Shown here piece after piece: positions 46,961-58,215 of a stretch of 64,000 bases of DNA. This stretch comes from Monocercomonoides exilis PA203. Its lineage: Eukaryota; Protista; Preaxostyla. Made by a program: the position numbers and the translations under genes. The notes beneath the pieces are model-generated. The model ran no database searches. It worked only from the letters and a program-made list of their open reading frames with translations, and had not been told where the DNA came from. How positions within the stretch are numbered: position 1 is the stretch's first letter; every line of letters starts with the position of its first letter. The DNA lies in the NCBI GenBank assembly GCA_001643675.2, contig LSRY02000032.1:744001-808000 (forward strand), written 5' to 3'.

Positions 46961-47924
46961 AATGAAATCATCTAAGAAAAATGCATCCAGTTTATTATTC
47001 GAACAAGATCACATAGACGAAAAGAAATGATGTAAAGAAAAAATTCAGAAAGAAATCCATAACGCCCAATTCCTCCAAACTCTCAGATCAAAGAGAAGAA
47101 AGTGAATGAATGTTTTCTTGTAAATCAAAATGCTTGCGTTTTGATTGCACATTTAATTTCATATTCAGCGCAAATGGCGTCATTTTCCCTTTTACCGCTC
47201 TCACTTTCTCCAATTAGCAGTTGTCATCTCCTTCCAATTTTCATCACCTTCTTCTTTGTTCATTTTGGATTCTTTGCCTTTTTCTTCTTGGTATCAGAAC
47301 ATCTTTTCCGCATTCGTTCCTCCTATCTTCCTTTATCTTCCTCGAATATTCGCATTTTATTTGCTGCTGGGTCAAACACACTAACTTCCGTTTCTGCGCA
47401 CTTTTCCGATTCAATTGCTTCGATGGCCTCTTTGTCAGCAGAGCATACAACCCATTTTACTCGTTCTCCCCAAAAACCAACCACGCAGACTGAAAATCAG
47501 CATGCCGGATCGCTTCGAAGCATCCCCCTCGTTATCGTCATTGGCTGAACAAGACTGACTCTGCACGAACAAGCATGCAAATCTAAAAAATCTCATTGCT
47601 TCATCTTCTGCCTGTATCATCATCTGTGCATTCGTCAAAGACCGATTGAACTCTTTCTGCTTTTCTTCCTTGTCCCATTTCAGTCTGGTGTCTTCTTGTT
47701 CATCAGCACGGAGACCACATTGCGATATTTGACATCTTTTCAGAAATAATTAACGCCTTTGGGTTCCTTTGTCATCCTCGCTCGCGTTGCGTTAATTTTG
47801 CTCTTCGTCAAGCTTTATTTTTCTATTTTACTTCTTTGCGGAGCCAGTTTTGCTCCATTTTTTCATTTTGAATTTTCTTTTTTAAAAAAAATTATCACCT
47901 ATTTAATTCTTTTGTAAATTTTAT

Positions 47925-48033
47925 ATATGGGGCAATAATTATTTTATAAAAGCTAACGAAAGTGATGATCACACAGATATGTGCACGTGCATACTCACAT
48001 TGTCTTAATTCTGAATAAACATATGTTTTTCCA

Positions 48034-48098
<65 letters not shown>

Positions 48099-48110
48099 CT
48101 AAACCCATAT
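47925..48110. mobile_element. Mirror copy of the mini ATAT element, containing A62 (48035-48096)
   Basis: Termini ATATGGGGC and ACCCATAT around the poly(A) run. Confidence 0.45.
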
Positions 48111-48212
48111 TAATATAATACTAATTTTCCATTTTTCCGATGGGCCATTTCCGAAGAGTCCAAAAATATGGGCCAAATTAATTTTCATTTCATCGAGCAA
48201 TCAACACACGAT

Positions 48213-51200
48213 ATGTCAGATACCAATACAATATCTAAGATACTTAGCTATAAGCTACGGTCCGATTTGAACCATATAAATGACAAGCCTGATTCAAATC
48301 CGAATTTTGAAGAAAAAAACGAAGCAGCGGAAAAGAACATCGAGCTTGAAAAATACGCGGTAATGGAGTCGAACGTTGCCGATAAAAAACTGCAAGGAGA
48401 AGTCACCCTTGCCGAAGAAAAGCCAAAGGAATACACAAGATTAAAAAATCGTGAAGAAAATTCATTCTGCCTTTGGAACTTCTTCTTCTGCTTCTTCTTC
48501 CCCTTTGTGTGCCGGCGGAAGCCCCTCTCCGACGATGACATTTATGAAGTGCATCAAAAGGACAACACAGCAAATGTTTCCAAAAAGTTTATTGCTGCCT
48601 GGGGGCCTCTTTACGCAAAATATGTGCAAGAGAAGGCTGAAGAAGAGCAAAAGAAAGCTGAAAATCCAGAGTTTGCTTCGCTTTAAAACCTTGTAAGCTT
48701 TCAATTCCTTTATTTTCAAACTAACTTTTTTCTAGATATACAATGAAAAAAATAAAGCCTCCACCGCTTGCAGGGACTGTCATAAAATCTTTAATCACTC
48801 CAGAAATAGTATTTGGTCTCTTTCTGCAGTTACTGGCGTATGCCGTCTTTTTTTTAAAGGCATTTTTAAATCAAAATTACCATAATTATCTTTGTTTTTT
48901 CGAATATTTTCCTTTTCTCCTTCATCCTTTCGAAAATCACTCGCTGCTATTTTCACGGGGCCTCAACATGTAATTTTAGAACCGGATTCAATTTGGTGCA
49001 GCCAATCATGATGAAAGAGGTTTTGAAAGCAGTGACATCCAAGGGAATCTATGACTCAACAAACGGAATGGCTGGATCCAACACATTTCCATATGCAACA
49101 GGAATCATACTGATGCTGTGCCCCATTCTGAATGCGCTGCTTGACGGATGCGGATATCGGCTGCTTTACCATTTTGCGGCGCAAATTCGTGCAGCATTTA
49201 CTGGGGCCATCTACAGCAAGACACTCCTTTTGAACATCACAGCGCAGAGCAACATCGATACAGGGAGACTTCTTACGCTTATTTCCACGGATGCGCGGAA
49301 TGTGGCAGAGATGATTCCGATGTTTTTGATGATGCTTTGGATTCCAATTCAGATCCTTGTGCCATTCGGCTTCTTGATTGCAGACTTCGGAGCTTCGACA
49401 CTTGTTGCTGTGGCTGTTATTGTCATACTCCTCCCTGTTGAGGTTTGAATTTTTAAACTTATCTTTCTTCTGAAGTAATAATCATGATTATTCGAATGTT
49501 TCTTGAACGTTTCTTGAATTTTTCGAACATTTGCATTTTTTTATTTTTGCATTTTAAATAGATTGTATGTGTGACGATCATGATGGCCAGAATGAAGAGC
49601 TATCTTAATCTTAACGATGCACGCACGAAGATTACGAACGAAACACTCCAAGGGATGAGAGTAGTGAAATACACCGGGCTGGAAGAAGCGTTTGTCGCAA
49701 AAATCAACGAGCCGAGGGGAAAGCAGATAGATTCGGCAAAGTCAATGATCACGATTATGCAGATTATGAATGCGATAATGCGTGTGACGCCGCAGCTGGT
49801 GAATCTTGCGACGTTCTCAGTGTACATCTTCACAAACAACATTACGCAAGACATGTTTGCGGTGTATGTGATGGCTAATTTGGGGTTTTTGACGTTGATG
49901 ACGCAGCCGACGACAATGCTGCCCATGATTTTCCAGGGGATTGGACTGATCAACGTGTCCATAACGAGAATTCGGGACTTTCTTGTTCTGCCTGAACTGA
50001 AAATCGAGAAGAGGGACAAACCAAGCGATCCGACGGTTGCTTTGATGATTGAGAACGGCACGTTCAAATGGGGCGAGCCGCCGGAAATCCCGCTTTCCAT
50101 GTCGGAGCAGGCAGCGCTTAAGAAGAAGATGGCAGAAAAAAAGAAGGAAGCAGCACAGAGGCTGAGGGAAGAGAACAACAACGCGAGCGATGTGGCACAA
50201 GCCCAGCAGCAGATGCAAACAGCAGTTGTCTCGTTAGCATCATCTTCTGCTTCATCATCGTCGTCTTCTTCGTCGTCTCCATCGTTTGCTGCGCCTTCTT
50301 ACTCCGCGCCTTCATATTCTGTGCCAACATATTCTCAGTCGACTTATGCCTCGGAGGCTGAAGTGGAGACACAGCTGGCTTCATCCAATTCGCAGATGCC
50401 GTCTGTTGTTCGGTTTGATGCTGATTCTGCGTATGCGCCGGTCTTTGCTGAGACAGCTGCTGGCACTTCAGCAGATGCGCCTCCGCCGGAAGAGACAACG
50501 CCGAGGCTCGCTCCAATTGCACCAGCAGGCGCTTCAATGGGTGTCTCAAACGAGAAAGCAGCAGTGTCTGTGTTTGTGCCGACGCCGACGACTGCCTCGT
50601 GCGACGGGGTTTCGTCGCCGGCAGCCACGCCAGGGCTTCCGCACTCTGTGTTTTCTACTCCTGCGCTTGCACCCACACCGATCTTCTCCAGCACACCGTT
50701 TTCGTCGGCATCGCCCAGCCCAACACCCACGCCTTCTGTGTCGCCTTCGGAAGGGAGAAAGAACGAGCCTGTTCTGCGGGATGTGAATGTGGTGCTGAAG
50801 AAAGGGACGCTGACGATGGTGGTTGGGGGTGTGGGGTCTGGGAAGTCGTCGCTGGGGGCGGCGATCATTGCAGATGCGGAGAAAGTGAGCGGGAAGGTGG
50901 AGGTGGATGGGGAGGTGTCGTACTGTGCGCAGACAGCGTGGATCAACAACAACACGGTGCGGGGGAACATCACGTTTGGGTGTGCGTTTGAGGAGGAGAA
51001 GTACAGGGAGGCGATCCGTGTGTGTGCGCTGGAGAGCGACCTGAAGCTGTTTGCGGCAGGGGACCAGACAGAGATTGGGGAGAAAGGGGTGAATCTGAGT
51101 GGCGGGCAGAAGGCGCGCATTCAGCTGGCGCGGGCAGTGTACTCGGACAGAGACATCTACATCCTGGACGACCCGCTGTCGGCGGTGGATGCGCATGTGG

Positions 51201-53482
51201 GGCGGTATCTGTTTGAGGAGTGCATTGTGGGGACGCTGAAGAGCAGAGGGAAGACGGTGCTGCTGATGACGAACCAGCTGCAGTATCTGGACCGGGCAGA
51301 CAACATCATCCTGCTGGGTGGAGGAAGGATTGCAGCGCAAGGGACGGAGAAGGAGCTGCGGGAGCGGGGGATCGACTTCAGCGAGTACATCATCCGATCG
51401 AGCCACAGCGACAACGACGAGGATGACGATGGCGAGGACGATAATGATGAAGAGGAGGGAAATAGTGGTGAAGGCAAAGATGAGCATCATCATCACCACC
51501 ACCGCAGCCATCATCACAAAAAGGGAGGGAAATCGGCAGGGATGAAGTCGAGGAAGAGGAGAGAGGAGATGGCGCGGGGAAAGGCAGGGAGCAGCAAAGG
51601 AGGAGAGGAGAGCGAGGAGGAGGGGTCAGAGGCAGGGAAGCACATGATGACAGAGGAGGAGCAGGAGACAGGGTCGGTGCCGCTGAAGGTCTACTGGGAG
51701 TATCTGGTGTCGCTGCTGCCGGGGTGGGGGATTGTGCCGTTTGTGGTGCTGATGGTGGCGGCAGACGGGGCGATAACGATGGGGTCGTACTGGGTGGGGG
51801 TGATTGGGACGGCGTCTCAATACCCATCTGTGTCGTACGAGTGGAAGATCGGGATCTACGGGCTGCTGGCAGCGGGGGTGCTGGTGCTGCTGCTGATCCG
51901 GGCTGCTGTTGTGCGGCCGATGTCGGGCAGGTCGAACAGGAAGATCCACAAGGAGCTGCTGGAGAGTGTGATGCACTGCCCGTCGTCGTTCTTTGACACG
52001 ACGCCGATGGGGCGGATCCTGAACCGGTTTACGGGGGATGTGCCGCAGGTGGACCAGCAGTTGCTGTCGCAGCTGCTGCAGGTGGTGTCGATGTGGCTGG
52101 GGCTGGTGGGGCAGGTGGTGATTGTGGCGGTGGACACGGTGTTCTTCCTGGCGATTGGGCTTCCGGCGCTTGTTGTGTATTACGTCATCCTGAGCATCTA
52201 CTCGCGTGCGTCGCGGAATCTGCAGCGGCTGGAGTCGATGTCGCGGTCGCCGGTGCTGTCGGTGTTCAGCGAGACGGTGAGCGGGGCGGGGCTGTCGACG
52301 ATCCGGTCGTACCACCTGGAGGAGCGGTGGAGGGAGCGGTTCTACGGGCTGAACGACGAGTGGAATGTGCGGTTTGTGCTGTTCCGGGAAGGGCAGAAGT
52401 GGGCGACGGTGCTGTCGTCGTTGGTGTCGACGGTGCTGATGGTGGGGGTGATTGTGCTGGGGTGGTTCTACATGGAGCCGGCGAAGCTGGGGGTGGCGAT
52501 CTCGTCGGCGATCACGTTCTGCATGCTGGGGCAGCAGATTGTGCAGCAGAATGTGGAGCTGGACTCGCGGATGACAGGCTATCAGCGGATCAAGTTCTAC
52601 TCGACGCAGCTGCCGCAGGAGAAAGATCACACAAAGAAAGAAGGAGCAATTGAGCCGCCGAAAGAGTGGCCGGCAGAAGGGAAGGTGGAGTATGAGCATG
52701 TCACTTTCAGATATCGGCCGGGGCTGCCGTTTGTGCTGCGGGATGTGTCGTTCTCGCTGCGGGCAGGGGAGAAGATCGGGGTGTGTGGGCGGACAGGTGC
52801 TGGGAAATCTTCTTTGCTGTTTGCGCTGTTCCGGCTGGTGGAGCTGGATCCGTCGCTGCAGCCGACGATGATTGATGTGAGCACAGGGTTTCCGATTGAG
52901 GCAGACCCGAACGAGGAGCCGAACAGCGGGCGGGTGCTGATCGACGGGGTGGACATCTCGAAAGTGAGTCTGGGGAGAGTGCGGCGGTCGATTGCGATCA
53001 TTCCACAAGATCCCACTCTGTTCACGGGGACACTCAGATACAACCTGGACATCGGGGGCAGGTGCAGCGACGACGAGATCTGGGAGGTGCTGGTGCTGAT
53101 TGAGATGAAGGAGATTGTGGCGGGGCTGGAGTATGGGCTGGACACGCAGATGGCAGAGGGCGGGTCGAACTTCAGCGCCGGGCAGCGGCAGCTGATCTGC
53201 TTCGGGCGGGCGATGCTGAACAAGTGCAAGATTGTGATTATGGACGAGGCGACCGCGAATGTGGATGTGGAGACAGACGCCAAAATCCAGAACACGATCC
53301 GGCGGGTGTTTGTGGAGCAGACGGTGATTGTGATTGCGCACCGGCTGAACACGATCATGCACAGCGACCGGATCATGGTGATGAGCCAAGGGCAGGTGGA
53401 GGAGATGGACACGCCGGCACGCCTCCTCGCCAACCCGAACTCTGCCTTCAACGCCCTCATCCAGAGCTTGAATGGTGATTAG
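48213..53482 (+). CDS. ABCC/MRP-type ABC transporter (TMD1-NBD1-TMD2-NBD2, no TMD0), right copy, intact
   Basis: Same motifs as the left copy; lasso-like EENSFCLWNFFFCFF..RKPLSDDDIY; introns ~48671-48735, ~48838-48978, ~49444-49561. Start could be 48168 or 48213. Confidence 0.94.
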
Positions 53483-54295
53483 GAAAAAAAGGTGCAAAAT
53501 AAAAAGGAACTAAATATTCTATTTCATTTCATTTGGCTCAGCCATTCTTCATTTTGTTGGGGGAAAAAGAGACAAAAATGAATGAATGGCTGATGAAGCT
53601 GTTGATTTTCCATTCCAAAATGGAGAAATCAAAGAATAAAGAATATCATTTCATTTTGATTGATTTCCTTTCCAATCCATTCGCTTGATATGTTTGTAAT
53701 GTGCATCCTGTTTGATTTTGTTTTGTTGTTGTTGTTGTTCTCTTTTGAATGTGCACATTGTTTTGCTTGATGATTGAACCATACATTTTTTGCTCGTTTG
53801 TGTGTATGTATCAAGAACTATATTATCCCTTTTGTTTATGTTTTTTGTATTTCTATTTGTATTTCTGTTTGTATTGTATATGCATTTCTTTTTCTTTTGT
53901 TGAGCAACTGGATTCTCATCCTTTTGCCTCAACCATCTCCTGAACAACACGTAATAATCACAGAACTTGTGTTTTTGTATCCTCAAAAGAAAATGTTGCA
54001 ATCAAAACACACATTTATTTCATTCCCTGTTCCATTAGCTATGGCAGCCAAAACATACTTCGAAATGACTGAAAAGAAAGGTTATAAATATTCGAGATAA
54101 GAAACTGAATTAAAGTGAAGTGGTAAATAATAATGAAATGTTTTCATCAATTTAATATTGTTATGCTCTAATATTATGCAGTTAAATGAAAAAGCAAATC
54201 TTGCTTTTTTTTTAGTTTTTCTAAGAATCAAAAATTGTTTTTTATTTCCATAAAATGTACGGAACAATTGCAAAACTTTAAAATGCACCATTTCT

Positions 54296-57200
54296 TCAAA
54301 ATTCACTTCCGATAAATTGATCACAATTATTTGCTTTGGTAGTGGAATACTCGCATTGATTAGTATGCTTTACAGAGTTTTCAATCAATTTAATCCAAAT
54401 TCTTGCGTTTTCCTTCCCTCGAGCACGAAGAACGAACACATTGCTTGCTTTGTTGCTCTTTGCTTTGTCGTTTCTCCAAGAGAGAGTCCAAGATTGGGGT
54501 GAATCCAACGGAGCAGTCAAGCTAAACTCGTACAACTCATTCACACCTATCCGTGTTAAGTTGTGCAAAGAAGCCCCGTACAGAGAAATAATCCGTGCAG
54601 GCTCAGAGGAAATGGGATAGAACTTGAAAAATGAAAAAGGGAAATATTTGAAAAATTAGCGATTTGATGAAATTATTTTAATTAATTGAACATCAGATGA
54701 TATAAATAATAATAATAATAATAATTGAACACAGTCAATGAAACAGAAGATTCATCAAACCTTTTTGTCAACCTCCTTCACAGGGACATATCTCAGTTGG
54801 TGATAGAAGAGCTGGAACCAGCGTGGCCGAAACAATGGAAGCAGCTGCCCTCTTGAGAGAAGCATGCCTTCATAAAGAGGATGCTCCATTCTGCAGCATT
54901 CCGGAGGTGTAGGCAAGTTAGTGAGAAACAAGCTCTTCAGCGAATTGCGAGATGAAGAAGAGGAACAAAATGTTCCAGAACGGGATGAAACGGAAGAAGT
55001 TGATGACGAAGAAGAAGAAGAAGATGATGAACTTGATATTGTTCGAAATGGAAGAGGAGAGGCATCACTAGAGCGAGGAGTAAGAGAACTCACAGAAACA
55101 AATCCAGACGGAAATGAAGAAAGCGACAAAGAAGAAGATGAGCACATTGCAGAACGAGAAGGAGAAGTCTGTTGAAAAGCAGCGGATATTCTGGAATTTG
55201 GTCGTTGAGGCTGGCTTTTCTGTGAATTGGATGTTTGAGTGACTGTTGGAATGTGCAGGTGCTTCTGCTTGTTTGACAGATGAAATGAAGACTGGCCAAC
55301 AGACAAAGACCGCTGGCGCATCGCAGAGTTATTGGACGATGAATGCGAAATGGTGGAAATCGATACAAAGCTCGGAAGAGATGAAGAGCTCGAAGAACTC
55401 GAAGAAACAGGAGTTGGCGAAGGAGACGGAAGCTGAGAAGATGCTAAAGCAGAAGAGCCAGAAGAGCCAGAAGATGAAGAAGAATGTGCAAGAGGTGCAG
55501 GAGAAGGATTTGATGATTGCATATTTGACGGTGAGGTTATAAGCTTTTCAGTTTTTCTGTGGACAATGCCTTTATCTCTGTATTGATGACTCTGCTGCCC
55601 AGCCTGAATTGTGGATGGAGAGCATGCTGTGATGCCAACAGCAGGCGAAACAACGCGAAACGGAGTAAGGGGCGTTCCTCCAGAAACAATTCGTGAAGGC
55701 AACTTTGAAAACATATCAAAAGAAGGAAGAGAATGAAGTGAGATTGAAGCAATATCTGAATGCACAGCAGAAGAAGATGATGAAATATGCTTTTTTGTAT
55801 GTTCATCAGCGTTGAACAGGGAAGCTGGTGAAGATAATGACAAAGGGGACACTTCTGGCTCATCCTCATCAGATGACTCATTTTGTGTATGGACAGAATC
55901 ACTTGAATGTTCACGCTCTCCAAATTGAGGAGGAGGTGGCAAAGGAGGAGGAGGAGGAGGAGGAAATGGAGGAGGAAGCGATGGAAGTGCAACGCATTCT
56001 GAAGAGCCAAAGGAAGAGAATCGCAGGTGATGAGATGGAGGTGGTGGAGGAGGAAGAAAATGAACAGATGTGAATGTCATTGGAGGTGGAGGTGGAGGTG
56101 GAGGAAGAGCCGGCAGAGCAGACATAGCAGGCATAGCAGGTGATGCAGGGACATGAACTGTTGGTATTTCTTTATTGTTCTGATGTAAGGAAGATGTGCA
56201 AGTAACAGCGTTTTCTTGCAATAAAGGTAGATCGTTTTGCTCACTTTGAATGGAGCTTAAGGATGATCCGAATGTAGCAGTCACAGAAAGATTCATGGAA
56301 TTCATCAGTGTTGATTCAGACGATGAATGAGACATCGAATGATATGGCGTCTGGTCAGCTGTGAAGCTTATTGGTGTCTTTTGTGAAAACTGCTGAGAAC
56401 AACAATACGCAGACGGAGGAAGAGGCGGTGGAGGCAGAGGCAATTGAAACTGCAATGGCTGGATGATTAGAGGCTTCTGTGGAATTGAAGGTGATACAGC
56501 CAATGAGATATGCTCGTTCATTGCTTCTGCATTTGCTTGTGCCAGAACAGAGGAAGGGCAGGGAGTGACTGATGATGAAGAGGAGGTAGAGCAAGGAGAG
56601 CTGACAGACGGACTGACAGACAGAGAAAGGGCTGTGGTAACAGCAGCAGAAGATGATGATGAGCGAGGGGTGGCTGATAGCAGTGTTAGAGTCGATGGAG
56701 TGTGAGTGAAAGAATTAGGCAGTTTTGTGCTGAGAACAACGGTTGATGGCATCTTCTGCTCGAGCGATGGAGAAAATAGAGGGACAAAGCGAGACGAAGA
56801 ACGCTGATGCGAAATTTGCATCTGATCTATTTTGTTTTCAGAGGGTTGTGCTTTGTGTTCTTTGATGTTGGATGATTGTTGGTTATCGATAGCATTTGAG
56901 AAAGATGCATCTTGTAAAGCATTACTTTTTATAAATTGTGAAGCACATTCAAAAGATGTCCCAGAAGACTGTGACGAAGATCTCATATGTTTAAAGTTGA
57001 TTGCATTTTGAGACTGAAATTGAGATTGATCGAATTTTGCTTTTGGCAAACTCGGAAATTCATGAAATTCTTCGCTCCCATCTATTTCAATCAATTCAAT
57101 AGCATCATCAAAAAATGCAGTTCCATCTTCAAACGCTTGAAGCGAATATAGCGATGAGTGAGATTTGCACTGCGAACACGAGGGATCAAAGGCCGTAGAT

Positions 57201-57879
57201 GATAAGCACATTCTAGGCAATGGAGAATCAAATAGCAATGAATGAAGTGAAGAAGGAGTATTTTCTGCCTGATCCGTCGTTATCTCTGACAACGGTCGTA
57301 GTAATTCTTCAAAGCTCCGAGTTTGATCCACAGAAAATGCAAGAGGAGAAACGTTTGCTTTAGAATAATCCCTTAAATTCTGTTCAACGCTTTCATCATT
57401 ATTTGTTATTAAACTGGATTCTCTCACATGAAAATGTTCGCATTTGCCTTTTGTCATTATCTCTTCAATAGCACTTTCGCATTGATTAAAACGATTTCTA
57501 GCTTCTTTTGAAGAAAATATTTTCTTTTTGAATATTGAATGAATGATTAAAAATTACAAAATGGAAATTTTAAAAGAGAATATCTGCACCTTCAGCAAAT
57601 GAACCCAACAGAACGATTCGACTAAGTTTTGTATTTGCTCAATAACCTTATCTAGTTCATTTAAAAAAGTGACTTCACAATTTTCGCAAATATTAAGTTC
57701 TTAAGCAAAAATATGATAGATATGCAAATACAATCCAAAATAAAAAGCTAAAAACAACCTTTCAAATTTTGTTGAAGTGGCACTAGTTTTTCGAGCAGAT
57801 GAAACGATTTCTTTCGATGATGAGGAGATTCTCTAAGTTTTAAACAAATATCATTAAGAAGGTCAACTCTTTGTTCCAT
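54296..57879 (-). CDS. Protein with poly-proline tracts and a C-terminal PH domain; multi-exon
   Basis: YEGMLLSRGQLLPLFRPRWFQLFYHQLRY spliced to ..IISLYGASL..FSL..FVLRARGKENARIWIKLIEN (PH signature Trp helix); PPPPP runs; 5' exons from ATG 57879 (MEQRVDLL). Confidence 0.75.
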
Positions 57880-58215
57880 TCACAAGAAATTCAAAGAAAA
57901 GAAATTTTTTAATTGTTTGGTATTGCAACCGCATTGAGAATGGAAAATAAGAAAGCAGGAAATGCATTAAGTTAGTTTTACTAATGAGTAAAAAATGATG
58001 GGAACAAAAAATAGAAACTAATTAGATGCTTTGACTTACAAAAACAAGTTGATGTGCCAATAAAAATACAAACGTGAAATGAGAAACAGATCGCGTCCAA
58101 TAACATAAAAAAAATATTATGACAAAAATTCTGACAGCAATAAACACCCAGAATGGGGAGGAAAGAAGAAATAAACATATATGAACTCAAATAAAAATAA
58201 ACTTAATAAAAGGAA

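Larger units (their letters stand above)
38340..47078 (+). mobile_element. Decayed DIRS-type tyrosine-recombinase retrotransposon core (gag - RT/RNase H/MT - YR), interrupted by a nested insertion; ITRs probably lie in the adjoining arm sequence
   Basis: Co-linear gag-like, RT, RNase H, adenine-methylase-like and tyrosine recombinase segments on one strand, bounded by inverted repeats. This is the DIRS domain order. Confidence 0.88.
47079..54100. repeat. Right arm (7022 bp) of large inverted repeat
   Basis: Reverse complement of 31363-38339. It is 45 bp longer: A62 versus GA17, plus one extra A in the A7 run at ~48313-48319. Confidence 0.97.

Noticed and set aside
46960-47078. DIRS internal complementary region (ICR)
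   Set aside because: I could not find sequence here complementary to plausible element ends, so it is not claimed.
48035-48096. Poly(A) tail of a LINE or processed retrogene
   Set aside because: It lies upstream of an intron-containing gene and inside a small TIR-bounded unit; no non-LTR ORF or long TSD is seen.
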